This document shows, one piece after another, positions 18,507 to 27,843 of a stretch of 32,894 nucleotides of DNA; position 1 is the first letter of the stretch, and each line of letters opens with the position of its first letter. A program made the position numbers and the translations under genes. A model generated the notes under the pieces. It had not been told where the DNA came from. It ran no database searches and was given only the letters and a program-made list of their open reading frames with translations. Source of the stretch: a bacterium (lineage in GTDB: Bacteria; UBP15; UBA6099; JBFMBQ01); assembly GCA_040755115.1 (NCBI GenBank), contig JBFMBQ010000512.1:4515-37408 (forward strand). The letters run 5' to 3'.

Positions 18507-18959
18507 CTATGCACTACTGAGCAGGCGGGTTACGACCTGATTGACAAGTTTCCCATCCGCCTTGCCTTTAAGTTCCATCATCAGCACCTTCATCACCTTG
18601 CCGATGTCCGACGAAGCGGCGGCGCCGGTGGCGGCGATTACCTCGCGTGCGCGTTTCTCTATCTCTTCTTCCGTCAGCATCGCAGGCAGAAATTCATTTA
18701 TGAGTTTCATCTCCCGCTCTTCTTTCTCTGCGGGTTCATCCTTGCCCACCTTGCGATATTCCTCCGCAGCCTCCTGCCGCTTGCGGGCTTCCTTCTGGAG
18801 CACCTGCAAAACCTCACCCTCCTCAAGCGCGCGCTGCACCTCAACTTCTTTGTATCGCAATGCGGTCTTCAATGCGCGCATCGTGTTGAGCGCTGTCTCA
18901 TCTTTCCGCTTCATCGCCGCTTTGAGTTTTTCCGTGATCTGTTCTGCAATCCCTGGCAT
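18507..18959 (-). CDS. GatB/YqeY domain-containing protein
   Basis: A 150-aa protein with ITEKLKAAMKRKDETALNTMRALKTALRYKEVE and a C-terminal GKVMKVLMMELKGKADGKLVNQVV, typical of the YqeY family. Confidence 0.85.
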   Translation of the reverse strand: MPGIAEQITEKLKAAMKRKDETALNTMRALKTALRYKEVEVQRALEEGEVLQVLQKEARKRQEAAEEYRKVGKDEPAEKEEREMKLINEFLPAMLTEEEIEKRAREVIAATGAAASSDIGKVMKVLMMELKGKADGKLVNQVVTRLLSSA

Positions 18960-19004
18960 ATTTGTTCGCTCCTTGTTAATATTATGTAAAATACTTTCAG
19001 GCTG

Positions 19005-20903
19005 TTATTGTTTCTCAAAATATAGATACTTTTTCACAAATCTTGTTAGATTTGGGACGACATTCTGCGCTTCGGAAATCGGCATTGAGCAGGCGGTTTC
19101 AACACACGAATACATAACAGGCTGCGGGCGCACGACATAAGGCAATTGTGCGAGGCGGTCAGCGTCTTCTTTCGGATCAAGAATCAATATCACTTTTCGC
19201 GGCTCAAAAAAGTGAAGCGCCTCCTTCAAAAGCGAGTGCGTCCCGCCGTCCGATTTCTTCCCCACGATGGCGATCTCAAGCGGGAAGTTGCGATACCAAT
19301 AAACCGCGCCTGCATACAGTGCGCTGAATATACTGTAATTCTCCCAATCATCCTTGAATACCGCAAGTGTCGCCCGCGCAAGGTTTTTATATTCTTCTTT
19401 TCCTGTATAGAAATAAAGCCGTATGAGATTTACTGCCATAGAAGTATTTTCGGGCAGCGGTTTGATGCGCCGTTTAAGAAGACCTGCCGCCTCAGCGCTT
19501 TCAGTTATGTCGTAGTATCCGCCGTCGGGCGCGCCGAAATTTTTGTCCATAATCTCTACAGCCCGTTCTGCAAGTTGAAGATATTCGTCCTTGCCCGTTG
19601 ATTCGTAACCATCAAGCAATGCGCGTATCATTGCCGCCTGATCAGAGCAGAGTGATAATCCGCCAGCCGTCTGCGGTATCCTGTGCAAAAAGCCCGCTTC
19701 CTGTGAAAACCCGTCATTGATGAACCGCCCCAGTGCCTTTTCGGCAATTTCCTGATACCTCTCGTTCCCTGTAACGGCATAAGCAGCGAGGAAAGCGGAG
19801 ATCATCTTCCCATTAATGTCCGCATAAATTGACCTGTCAATATAAGGAATCCCTTTCCGCAGCCGCTCGCTGCGGTTGAGACGGAAATATTCTTCCCCAG
19901 CGATTAATTTACCGTCCTTCATAACATCCGCGTCCTGGCTGGCATAGAAGCCGCCGTCCGCATCCGTCAGGAACTGCTGAACATACTGGAGTATCCCTTC
20001 AGCAACCTTCAGGTATTCTTCTTTGCTGAAAGCCTGATGTGCGGTCAGATAAAGGGCGGCAGCCTCAGCGTTTTCTGCGCTCATCTTTTCGTAGTGCGCT
20101 TCTGTCCATGTTTTGTTTACAGAATAACGATAAAAACCGCCCCACACAGGGTCGTAGATGCCCTGCATGCTATCAAGCGTCAGTGTCAGGAACTTTTTCA
20201 GGCGTTCATCCCTGCGTTCAGTGTAGGGGAGAAAAAGGAAACGCAGGACTTCATAAGAGGGGAACTTTGGTTCCGAGCCAAAGCCGCCGTGAACCTCGTC
20301 AAAGGAGTCCGCAATAAGTTTTGCGGCTTTTTCAAAGATTTTTTCGGATGGCGCATCTGATGGTTTCAGTGAGGGCGCACCGCCGTGCGCCCCTGCTTCC
20401 TGCTGGCGGTTGATGGTTTGCCGGATTTCATCTTTTTTCTCGTTGTAATAAGTGTGCACCCTGACGAGAAGTTGCTTCATCCGCTCCGGCGGCACATAAG
20501 TCTCGCCGAGCAGCACCATACCGTCCGGCGTGAGGAATGCGGTTGTGGGCCAACCGCCTGAGATGTAGCGGGCGGCGATGTCGGGGCGCCGATCGGTGTC
20601 AACCCGAATCGGAACATAATGCCTTTTGATAAGTCCAACCACATCTGGGTCGGAGTAGGTTGTGGTGTCCATAACATGACACCAGTGGCACCACACAGCG
20701 GTCAGATCAAGCAGGATAAGGCGATCATTCTGTTTTGCTTCCTGAAAAACCTCATCACTCCACTCGCGCCAGCCGACATCAAGCGTGCCCTCAATCGGGG
20801 TTGTTTCAGTCATATAAGGAATTACCTCGCTTTCAAGCGCATGGTTCGCCCATATCAGGAGTGCGCAGATACCGATTAGTATGCCGAACAAAGCCAATCT
20901 CAT
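19005..20903 (-). CDS. Thioredoxin domain-containing protein (DUF255/YyaL family, N-terminal thioredoxin-like fold plus alpha/alpha-toroid domain)
   Basis: LLDLTAVWCHWCHVMD is the DUF255 signature. A long six-hairpin-like C-terminal region follows and an N-terminal membrane anchor is present. Confidence 0.8.
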   Translation of the reverse strand: MRLALFGILIGICALLIWANHALESEVIPYMTETTPIEGTLDVGWREWSDEVFQEAKQNDRLILLDLTAVWCHWCHVMDTTTYSDPDVVGLIKRHYVPIRVDTDRRPDIAARYISGGWPTTAFLTPDGMVLLGETYVPPERMKQLLVRVHTYYNEKKDEIRQTINRQQEAGAHGGAPSLKPSDAPSEKIFEKAAKLIADSFDEVHGGFGSEPKFPSYEVLRFLFLPYTERRDERLKKFLTLTLDSMQGIYDPVWGGFYRYSVNKTWTEAHYEKMSAENAEAAALYLTAHQAFSKEEYLKVAEGILQYVQQFLTDADGGFYASQDADVMKDGKLIAGEEYFRLNRSERLRKGIPYIDRSIYADINGKMISAFLAAYAVTGNERYQEIAEKALGRFINDGFSQEAGFLHRIPQTAGGLSLCSDQAAMIRALLDGYESTGKDEYLQLAERAVEIMDKNFGAPDGGYYDITESAEAAGLLKRRIKPLPENTSMAVNLIRLYFYTGKEEYKNLARATLAVFKDDWENYSIFSALYAGAVYWYRNFPLEIAIVGKKSDGGTHSLLKEALHFFEPRKVILILDPKEDADRLAQLPYVVRPQPVMYSCVETACSMPISEAQNVVPNLTRFVKKYLYFEKQ

Positions 20904-20997
20904 CGTTCTTGCTCACATAATATAATTCACTGAATTTTTATTTTCTACATTGTGTTTATTTTATTCCTTGCGAAAAATCAAGAAATAATTTCGGAAT

Positions 20998-21068
20998 GCG
21001 GTGATTCATCACCGCTTTGTTGCGACGGGAATTAATTCCCGTCTTTGAAAGCGACAATGAATTGTCGC
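20998..21068. repeat. Three consecutive perfect palindromic hairpins in the divergent intergenic region
   Basis: gcggtgattcatcaccgc (20998-21015), gacgggaattaattcccgtc (21024-21043) and gcgacaatgaattgtcgc (21051-21068). A relative of the third, gcgacatcacaatgtcgc, is at 786-803. Confidence 0.7.
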
Positions 21069-21154
21069 ACTCCAGAAATGTTCATGAATTGAAAATTATC
21101 CGATAATAACCTAAACTTTTTGTGGAAATTATTTTTTATCTTTATGATCGGGAG

Positions 21155-21904
21155 ATGAAACTGATGAATAAGAAAATGTTGAGGGACATAATAATACTGA
21201 TCGTTATCTTCGTTGTTGCATTCGCGGCATATCAATTATACTCGGGCAAGAAAAAAACCGGCATAGATGCCCCCTTGCCTTCGTCGCCGCAAACCGCAAC
21301 CCCCGCATCGCCAGCCGCTCCGGGCGCGCGGCAGCAGCCTTCTATGGAAGATATGGTGCTGCTCACGAAGAAAAAAGATGCGATACAGAAGTGGCTGGTT
21401 GATGTGCGCGCTAAATCAAAGATTGAAAAGGAAACCGACCTGACGAAGACCACAGGCTATGTCGCCGTCATAAACGGCGAGGAGATTTCGGCGCAGGAGT
21501 TTCAGAAACGCGCAAAGGTGAGAGAGAGGATGGGAATGAGCAGCGCCTCGCCGCACGGCACGGGCGCAGCAGCAACAGGTGAAACTGAGAAAAAGAAGAT
21601 GCTGGAGGAACTTCTTGAGAAAATGATCAACGAGGTGCTGTTGCAGCAGGAGGCGAGAAAACTCAAAATAGAGGTAACGGACGCCGAGATTGACAGGATG
21701 CTGCGCGAGAAAAAGACTACTTTCCCTTCTGAGTCGGAATTTGAGGCGACGCTCACATCGCACGGTTTCACTGTTGACGACATAAGGGCACAGTTGAGCA
21801 GAGAACTGCTTCAGGAGAAGGTGGAAGAGGCGCTGACAAGCGATGTCAAGGTAACAGAGGACGACCTCAAAATGTTCCGCACATCCGAGACGGAAATAAA
21901 ATAG
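21155..21904 (+). CDS. SurA N-terminal domain-containing chaperone / PpiD-PrsA-like protein, membrane-anchored
   Basis: There is an N-terminal TM segment IIILIVIFVVAFAAY. The region INEVLLQQEARKLKIEVTDAEIDRML...EFEATLTSHGFTVDDIRAQLSRELLQEKV is typical of the SurA_N chaperone domain. No parvulin domain is visible. The start is ATG 21155 or 21164. Confidence 0.65.
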   Translation: MKLMNKKMLRDIIILIVIFVVAFAAYQLYSGKKKTGIDAPLPSSPQTATPASPAAPGARQQPSMEDMVLLTKKKDAIQKWLVDVRAKSKIEKETDLTKTTGYVAVINGEEISAQEFQKRAKVRERMGMSSASPHGTGAAATGETEKKKMLEELLEKMINEVLLQQEARKLKIEVTDAEIDRMLREKKTTFPSESEFEATLTSHGFTVDDIRAQLSRELLQEKVEEALTSDVKVTEDDLKMFRTSETEIK

Positions 21905-21920
21905 GCTGAAGTTAAGATAA

Positions 21921-21992
21921 TGGGAGATGGTAAATGGGAGACGGGAGATGGGAGACGATTAAAGATCATCTCACTTCTACCGTCTACCGTCT
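21921..21992. repeat. GGGAGA(T/C)G short repeats (4 copies, three with a 7-nt period) plus an imperfect inverted partner
   Basis: GGGAGA occurs at 21922, 21936, 21943 and 21950. The downstream catctcacttctaccgtctaccgtct is an imperfect reverse complement. The element lies between the SurA-like stop and the hemA start. Confidence 0.55.
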
Positions 21993-22050
21993 TACTCATT
22001 CATGCGCCAAGCGTCTTGCGCCCTGCACAAATGCCTGAAGCCTGATTTTT

Positions 22051-23337
22051 ATGACCATCTTTTCAATCGGATTAAACCACGAGGCGGCGCCGGTAGAAAT
22101 CCGCGAGAAGATATATTTCCCCCCTGATCGCATCCCATCGCTTCTGTCCGTTCTGCGCGAATCGGGACGCCTGACAGAGGCGAACATACTTTCCACCTGC
22201 AACCGCACGGAGGTATATTTCGCCTCTGACAACGGCGACGAAGAGCGAAAACTTGTCGTGGAATTTCTCACACGGGAAGCCGGATGCACTGCGGAGGAAC
22301 TCAAAAAGTTTCTTTATACACTTACCGATGAAGCGGCGGTGAAACATCTTTTCAGGGTAGCCTCTGGACTGGACTCAATGGTTGTAGGCGAGGGGCAGGT
22401 GCTTGCGCAGGTTCGTAAAGCATACGAGGCGGCGGACGGGCAGAGGGCGCTCGGCAAGGTGTTGGGCACGCTTTTCAGGAGTGCGGTTGCGACCGGCAAG
22501 CGTGCGCGGGCTGAAACCGAGATCAGCAAGAATGCGGTATCTGTGAGTTCGGCGGCGGTGGAACTTGCCGGGACGCTTTTCGGCAGCCTCGGGCGAAAGA
22601 CAGCATTGATAATCGGCGCAGGCAAAATGAGCGAACTTTCCATCAAACACCTGCGCTCCGCCAACCTTCAGAATGTAACAGTTACAAACCGCACATACGA
22701 ACATGCAGTTGCACTCGCTGAAAAATTCCACGCCGCCGTTATGCCGTTCGGCGAACTTGAAGCCGCTGTCGCCGCCGCTGATGTCGTCATCAGTTCCACA
22801 GGCTCACCGCAGCCGATAGTATCACGCACGATGATGCAGTCAATTATGCGCCGCAGGAGAAATCGCCCGATCTTTATCGTTGACATCGCCGTGCCGCGCG
22901 ACTTTGACCCCGCTTGCGCCTCCGTTACAAACTGCTTCCTGTATGATATTGACGACCTGAAAGCGGTCGTGAACCGCAACATTCAGGAGCGAAAAAAAGA
23001 AATCGGCAAGGTGGAGCAGATCGTGGAAGAAGAAACCAGCCGCTACATGCAATGGTACGCATCGCTCGGAGTGATCCCCATTCTCACCGGGTTCAGAGAA
23101 AAGATTCAAGGCATTCGCGACGCCGAACTGCACCGCTTTGAGTCACGGCTGAAACAACTGTCGGAGGGCGACCGCCAGCTGATTGAACAGATTACCAGTT
23201 CAATAATAAACAAGGTTCTGCACCAGCCCACCACACGCCTGAAAGAATTGCAGCAGACAGGCAACGGACTTACCTACGCCGATGCGCTGCGCGTGCTGTT
23301 CGGGCTTGAGGCACCGGGCGAGGAGAACGAAAAATGA
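22051..23337 (+). CDS. hemA: Glutamyl-tRNA reductase
   Basis: The N-terminus is MTIFSIGLNHEAAPVEIREK. The protein also has STCNRTEVY (active-site Cys), GEGQVLAQV and the NADPH-binding IIGAGKMSE. Confidence 0.95.
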   Translation: MTIFSIGLNHEAAPVEIREKIYFPPDRIPSLLSVLRESGRLTEANILSTCNRTEVYFASDNGDEERKLVVEFLTREAGCTAEELKKFLYTLTDEAAVKHLFRVASGLDSMVVGEGQVLAQVRKAYEAADGQRALGKVLGTLFRSAVATGKRARAETEISKNAVSVSSAAVELAGTLFGSLGRKTALIIGAGKMSELSIKHLRSANLQNVTVTNRTYEHAVALAEKFHAAVMPFGELEAAVAAADVVISSTGSPQPIVSRTMMQSIMRRRRNRPIFIVDIAVPRDFDPACASVTNCFLYDIDDLKAVVNRNIQERKKEIGKVEQIVEEETSRYMQWYASLGVIPILTGFREKIQGIRDAELHRFESRLKQLSEGDRQLIEQITSSIINKVLHQPTTRLKELQQTGNGLTYADALRVLFGLEAPGEENEK

Positions 23338-24155
23338 TAATAACCTTGGAGATCAGTCTGCTGTTTTATGCCATGGCGATGGTGTCTTACTCACTTGCGC
23401 TGCTGTGGAAGGCCAAATTTTTCCAGCGATATTCCTGGTGGGTCTTTTTCACCGGCGGTATTTTTCACCTTTCTTCCACGATATTGCGTATGGCGGAATC
23501 CGGCCGCTGGCCCTTCCTCGGGATGTTTGAGTCAATGTCGTTTATGTCGCTTATGTTCGTGGTGGTCTATCTTTTCACAGAGAGACGCCTGCGCAGCCCC
23601 TCCATCGGCGCATTCGCAGCGCCGCTGGTGTTTATCGCCCTCTCTATTGCAGCGTTTCATCCGCACGAGGCGGCGCCGCTCGCCCCTGCGCTCAAGTCCT
23701 ACTGGTATCCCATTCACGCAGCGGTTTGCTTCTTCAGTTACGGTTTCTTCGGCATCGCTTTTATCGCCTCTCTCGTCTATTTCATTCAGGAGTGGCTGCT
23801 GAAGAAAAAACTCCTGCTCGGCTTTCACCGCATCTTCCCGCCGCTTGAGACCATTGATACGCTGTGCTACCGCCTCATCGCAATAGGCTTCCCGATGATT
23901 ACAATCGGCATCGTAACAGGCGCGGTGTGGGCGCAAACGGCGTGGGGCGCATACTGGAACTGGGACCCCAAGGAAATCGGCTCTCTAATCATCTGGATAT
24001 GCTATGCCGTCTATCTGCATTTTCGCTTCGTCGGCGGCTGGCAGGGCAGACGCACGAACATAATACTTATCATCGGCTTCGTTTTCGTATTGCTCACCTT
24101 TTTCGGCGTGAACTACCTGCCAACGGGACTTCACAAGTATGGGGCGGTGGAATGA
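23334..24155 (+). CDS. ccsA: Cytochrome c assembly protein, CcsA/HemX family
   Basis: A polytopic membrane protein with the Trp-rich heme-handling motif WGAYWNWDPKE. It overlaps the hemA stop by ATGA, the hemA-hemX arrangement known from Bacillus. Confidence 0.8.
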   Translation: MIITLEISLLFYAMAMVSYSLALLWKAKFFQRYSWWVFFTGGIFHLSSTILRMAESGRWPFLGMFESMSFMSLMFVVVYLFTERRLRSPSIGAFAAPLVFIALSIAAFHPHEAAPLAPALKSYWYPIHAAVCFFSYGFFGIAFIASLVYFIQEWLLKKKLLLGFHRIFPPLETIDTLCYRLIAIGFPMITIGIVTGAVWAQTAWGAYWNWDPKEIGSLIIWICYAVYLHFRFVGGWQGRRTNIILIIGFVFVLLTFFGVNYLPTGLHKYGAVE

Positions 24156-24182
24156 ATATTAAACAAAAAACTAAAATATCAG

Positions 24183-24212
24183 TTTATCCGTGTTTATCTG
24201 TGTTCATCTGTG
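24183..24212 (+). repeat. Three tandem 10-nt units TT(T/C)ATC(C/T)GTG just downstream of the ccsA stop
   Basis: tttatccgtg tttatctgtg ttcatctgtg, in perfect 10-nt phase. Confidence 0.7.
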
Positions 24213-24274
24213 GTTCTATTTTTTATTATTTGATTTAATTACGCCAGGTCATGATATTGATGTCATTAATGCCT

Positions 24275-27200
24275 CTACTGCGGTTTCGGCAGGTGCAGGG
24301 TGAGCGGCTTTCTGACATAGACAGCATATCCGCGCGCGGGTTGCAGGGTGTCGCCGTCGGCAAGGCGATGGTATCCGCCTTGGTAATAATAGTAAACAGC
24401 ATTCACGAGCCAGTCAGCGCCTGAACTGGCGGCTTCAGAGATGGTTTTTGTCGTCCCCGTGTCCGTGTCGGTAACAGTAATGAGATCATCCCATACAAGG
24501 TTTGATGTATAAGGATTTGCAAAGAAATTCCAGCCCGTTTTCACGCTGACATCCGTTGTGTTCTGTGATGAAGAGGCAGGCGGCGTGTTTACCGCCTGTG
24601 ATGTCACCGCATAAAGCCAGATCGCCTGCTTGGGCTGTGCGAAAGTGAACAGTTCGTCGCCCCTGTTGACATATCCATCTGAATCGGTGTGCCCCCAGAT
24701 GTCATCGTTGTTCTGCACGACTTCAGGCAGATTATCGGAGGCGGTCATAATTGATGCGCTGACAAGATTCCAGCCTTCATCCAGCACAGCGTATCGGACA
24801 CCGCCGGGGACAACGAAGTAGTGCTCGCGCGGGTAGTATCGGAACAGAGGTGTAACATCCATTTCCACAGTGTAGAATCGCTCGGTGTTGACAGCCAATG
24901 TGCCGAAGGAGAAGATGATGCTGTCGTCGCTCATCCTGCTGCGCACGCGCTCGGCTGCCACCTTGAAGATGAGGTCATCGCCCTCGCCGTAGTCAATATC
25001 AATCTGCCTGTCCGTCTCATAAGAATTGTAAGGCGTCAGCAGACCAATAGAGGGCAGATTGAGCGAGGGCAGAGCATTTGCGCCGGGCAGGAAGGCTGCT
25101 GCCACATCCCATTCAAGAGGCTGCTCTTTCCAGACTGGCACGCCGAAGACGAAAACATTCCTTGGGTCGGTGTAACTGTCGGCTGCTTCAAAGACAGTTT
25201 TCAACCTGAGCAGAAAGTAGAAGTTTACGAGGTCGTGCGAGACGCCGAGCGGGCCTGCGATGTCGCGCCTGTCAGGCAGCGGATCGGTGAGCAGCGTGCT
25301 GCCTGTTTCAAGCGGCATCTGGTTGTAGAGAGGCTCGCCCTCTTCATCCGATGGCAGGTATGTCAATTCGCTCTTGAACTGTTTGTTGTTTTTCCAGTCT
25401 CTTATCGTTCCTCTGGATTCGGTGGTGAAGTTGCCGAAACTGTCAGTTACTGATATGAAATACTTGACGGTGGTGTCTGTCGGCTGCCCCTGAAGCGTAG
25501 CGATCCATGTGCTGCCTCCGATAGCGATCATCGTTGTCGTGGCGAAGGTCGTCCCCCCGTCAATGGAATAATTCAGAAGCGGTGTGAGGGATGCGGCATC
25601 GGCTGAAGTGATGGTTGCGCTGATGGCAACAGGTTCGCCAACGGCTGGATTTTCCGGTGTGATTTTCACATCGGATATTTTCGGCGGGCTATGCGGCTGA
25701 GGAAGCAGATTGAGCGTGTAACTTTCAATTGTTGACTCTGCGCCGCTTGTTTCGTCAATCAGAGCGAGTTTGAGTTTCGCCTTGCCAGGCGTCGTCCCTG
25801 CGATGATTGAAAACTGTGCTGCGCCGTTCTCATCAAGCGTGGTTTCCTCTGTAGGCAATGTAACATCACCCGATTCAAGGCGCACCGCAACGGCGGCGCC
25901 GGCGGCGGGGACGGTTCGGAAACAGGTGTCCGCACCATCATTGAACGAAATCTTACGCACTAATTTAACATCAATTACGGCATCGGATTTTCCATCGGCG
26001 AATAAATACCACGGCACAAGTCCAGCCGATTGACTGGTGACGGTAATGCCGCCGTCTGTTGCTGCATCGGTGATGCTGTCGTTAATAGTTATCGTCTGCG
26101 CCGCAGTAACCGTGAAAGGGAAGGTGTTTGCGGTGAACTGGTCTGCGAGAACTTCAAGTGTGTAATCGCCCGGAGCGTATTGGAAAGACAGGACAGAGTT
26201 TTTCGCATAATCACGGACGAAGCCTGTGCCTCTGATGCGCACCGTTGCGCGCTCGGCTGCGCCGAGATCAATCTGCACCATAACCGTCCCCGGCTCAACC
26301 ACTGCGGACACCGCACGGTAGGCATTTATGAATCCATATCCCCAGTTGTTGTTGGGAATTTCAATGTAACTCGTCCCTGTGTCATCAACATTTGCCGTGT
26401 CTTTTATGATCTGAATAACCTCGCCTGCGGTCAGAGAAGGCTTTGCCTGGAACATCAGGAGGCAGATACCGGCGACAACAGGCGTTGCCGCGCTTGTGCC
26501 GCCGAAAGAGGTGTAGCCGCCGCCAACAGCGGTCGTATAGTTGCTGCCGCTTGGCGCGGTAATATCGGGCTTCGCATAACTGCCCCTGAACTCCGTTGTA
26601 TTCCACTTGACAGGACCGCGGCTGCTGTAACTCGCCAGTTTCAGTATGCCCTGTGAAGTTCCCGCGCCGCCTGCGCCGACGCCGACAACATATACAGGGA
26701 TGTTGCCCGGCGACACAGTCGTCTCTGCGCCCGGTCCGCTGTTGCCGATGGCATTAACGATGACGATGTCGTTCTGATACAGCGCCTTGACGAAGGGAAT
26801 GTAGACATCGGTCTGGAGTCCGCCGTAAGAGCCTCCGATGACGCGGGCGCCGTCATCTGTGGCGGGGTTGCCGTCAGGGTCTGCAATCCATTCATAACTT
26901 GAAAGAAGCGCGTCTTTTGACGGGAACGCCTTGCCGTCGGTAGTGGTGGAATGCACATTGAAAGAGGAAACAAGTATCTGCGCCTCGGGCGCCATCCCGA
27001 TGGTCTTTCCGCTCGCATCGCCCCCGACCATAAGACCCGCCACGCTCGTGCCGTGACCGCTGCCGCCGAGAATGGTCGGGTAGTCGTCCCCTGCCGGCAG
27101 CCCCTCGTCCTCGCCGAACTCATTGAAGGTCTTGAAGCCCTTGATTTTTCCCGCAAGGTCAGGGTGGTCGGGATCAATCCCAGAATCCACCATGCCAATG

Positions 27201-27652
27201 ACCATCCCTTCCCCGCGCAGACCGAATTTTTCCCATGCCTCGTAAACAAAGGTTTCTTTAACCTGAAAATATTCCGTCTCTGCCGTTGCCTCTGCGATGC
27301 GTTCAGCCTTGCGGGGCGGCTGGGGGATCGCCTCCATCGGCACACGCTCTTCCGTATCCAGCCCCGCCACCTGCGGCAGCGCAAGAATCTCGCTGAACGC
27401 CTCCGCCGTCCCCTCCACACGGATGCTGTTTATCAGCCAGTGCGCCCTGAAGTTGAACACCTTGCCGTCAGCCCGCAGCCGTTCAAGTGCGGCGATGACC
27501 GGCGCCTGCTCTGCATTTATAAAATTGCGCCAGGCGACCTGACCGACTGCGGTATCGGGCGGCTGGCGCAGCAGAACGAGGTGCGATTCACCCGCATCTG
27601 CCGATGCCGCCGCAAGAGAGAAAAAAAGAAAAAGCACTGATAATCGCTTCAT
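24275..27652 (-). CDS. S8 family (subtilisin-like) serine peptidase, large secreted multidomain protein
   Basis: The catalytic triad contexts are GMVDSGIDPDHPDL (Asp), GHGTSVAGL (His) and GGTSAATPVVAG (Ser). The signal peptide MKRLSVLFLFFSLAAASADA starts at ATG 27652, preferred to the GTG at 27670. A beta-rich C-terminal region of roughly 650 aa follows. Confidence 0.9.
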   Translation of the reverse strand: MKRLSVLFLFFSLAAASADAGESHLVLLRQPPDTAVGQVAWRNFINAEQAPVIAALERLRADGKVFNFRAHWLINSIRVEGTAEAFSEILALPQVAGLDTEERVPMEAIPQPPRKAERIAEATAETEYFQVKETFVYEAWEKFGLRGEGMVIGMVDSGIDPDHPDLAGKIKGFKTFNEFGEDEGLPAGDDYPTILGGSGHGTSVAGLMVGGDASGKTIGMAPEAQILVSSFNVHSTTTDGKAFPSKDALLSSYEWIADPDGNPATDDGARVIGGSYGGLQTDVYIPFVKALYQNDIVIVNAIGNSGPGAETTVSPGNIPVYVVGVGAGGAGTSQGILKLASYSSRGPVKWNTTEFRGSYAKPDITAPSGSNYTTAVGGGYTSFGGTSAATPVVAGICLLMFQAKPSLTAGEVIQIIKDTANVDDTGTSYIEIPNNNWGYGFINAYRAVSAVVEPGTVMVQIDLGAAERATVRIRGTGFVRDYAKNSVLSFQYAPGDYTLEVLADQFTANTFPFTVTAAQTITINDSITDAATDGGITVTSQSAGLVPWYLFADGKSDAVIDVKLVRKISFNDGADTCFRTVPAAGAAVAVRLESGDVTLPTEETTLDENGAAQFSIIAGTTPGKAKLKLALIDETSGAESTIESYTLNLLPQPHSPPKISDVKITPENPAVGEPVAISATITSADAASLTPLLNYSIDGGTTFATTTMIAIGGSTWIATLQGQPTDTTVKYFISVTDSFGNFTTESRGTIRDWKNNKQFKSELTYLPSDEEGEPLYNQMPLETGSTLLTDPLPDRRDIAGPLGVSHDLVNFYFLLRLKTVFEAADSYTDPRNVFVFGVPVWKEQPLEWDVAAAFLPGANALPSLNLPSIGLLTPYNSYETDRQIDIDYGEGDDLIFKVAAERVRSRMSDDSIIFSFGTLAVNTERFYTVEMDVTPLFRYYPREHYFVVPGGVRYAVLDEGWNLVSASIMTASDNLPEVVQNNDDIWGHTDSDGYVNRGDELFTFAQPKQAIWLYAVTSQAVNTPPASSSQNTTDVSVKTGWNFFANPYTSNLVWDDLITVTDTDTGTTKTISEAASSGADWLVNAVYYYYQGGYHRLADGDTLQPARGYAVYVRKPLTLHLPKPQ

Positions 27653-27726
27653 ATCCGCCAAATAACTCACAATAACTCAAAGATAGCGGTTGAAATAAAT
27701 TTAACAATAATTGCGGATTGCTTAGA

Positions 27727-27787
27727 TGTAGGGCGGCATCTCCGTATGCCGCGGTGAATCGGCGCGGTGCGGAGACCGCGCCCTACA
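27727..27787. repeat. REP-like doublet in inverted orientation (TGTAGGGCG...CGCCCTACA)
   Basis: tgtagggcggcatctccgtatgccgc + ggtgaatc + ggcgcggtgcggagaccgcgccctaca. The left arm is the reverse complement of the right arm of the 2908-2989 element. The right arm matches 17367-17393. Confidence 0.75.
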
Positions 27788-27843
27788 ACTAAATTATATA
27801 AAGATATTTTTCAGAAAAAAACTTAACCTCAACCTGATCCTTT

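Noticed and set aside
18327-19140. 220-aa and 199-aa plus-strand ORFs
   Set aside because: They run antisense to the YqeY gene and to the MTase and DUF255 gene ends. The proteins are Leu/Ser/Phe-rich and low-complexity, whereas the minus-strand genes have clear family signatures.
24183-24212. Tandem 10-nt repeats as a possible CRISPR or other array
   Set aside because: The units are only 10 nt, directly abutting with no spacers, and there are only three copies. I report them instead as a phased short repeat.
26641-27420. 259-aa minus-strand ORF in another frame, and a 229-aa plus-strand ORF, both inside the S8 peptidase gene
   Set aside because: They are Arg/Ala-rich alternative-frame products typical of GC-rich coding DNA. 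The S8 frame carries the full catalytic triad motifs.
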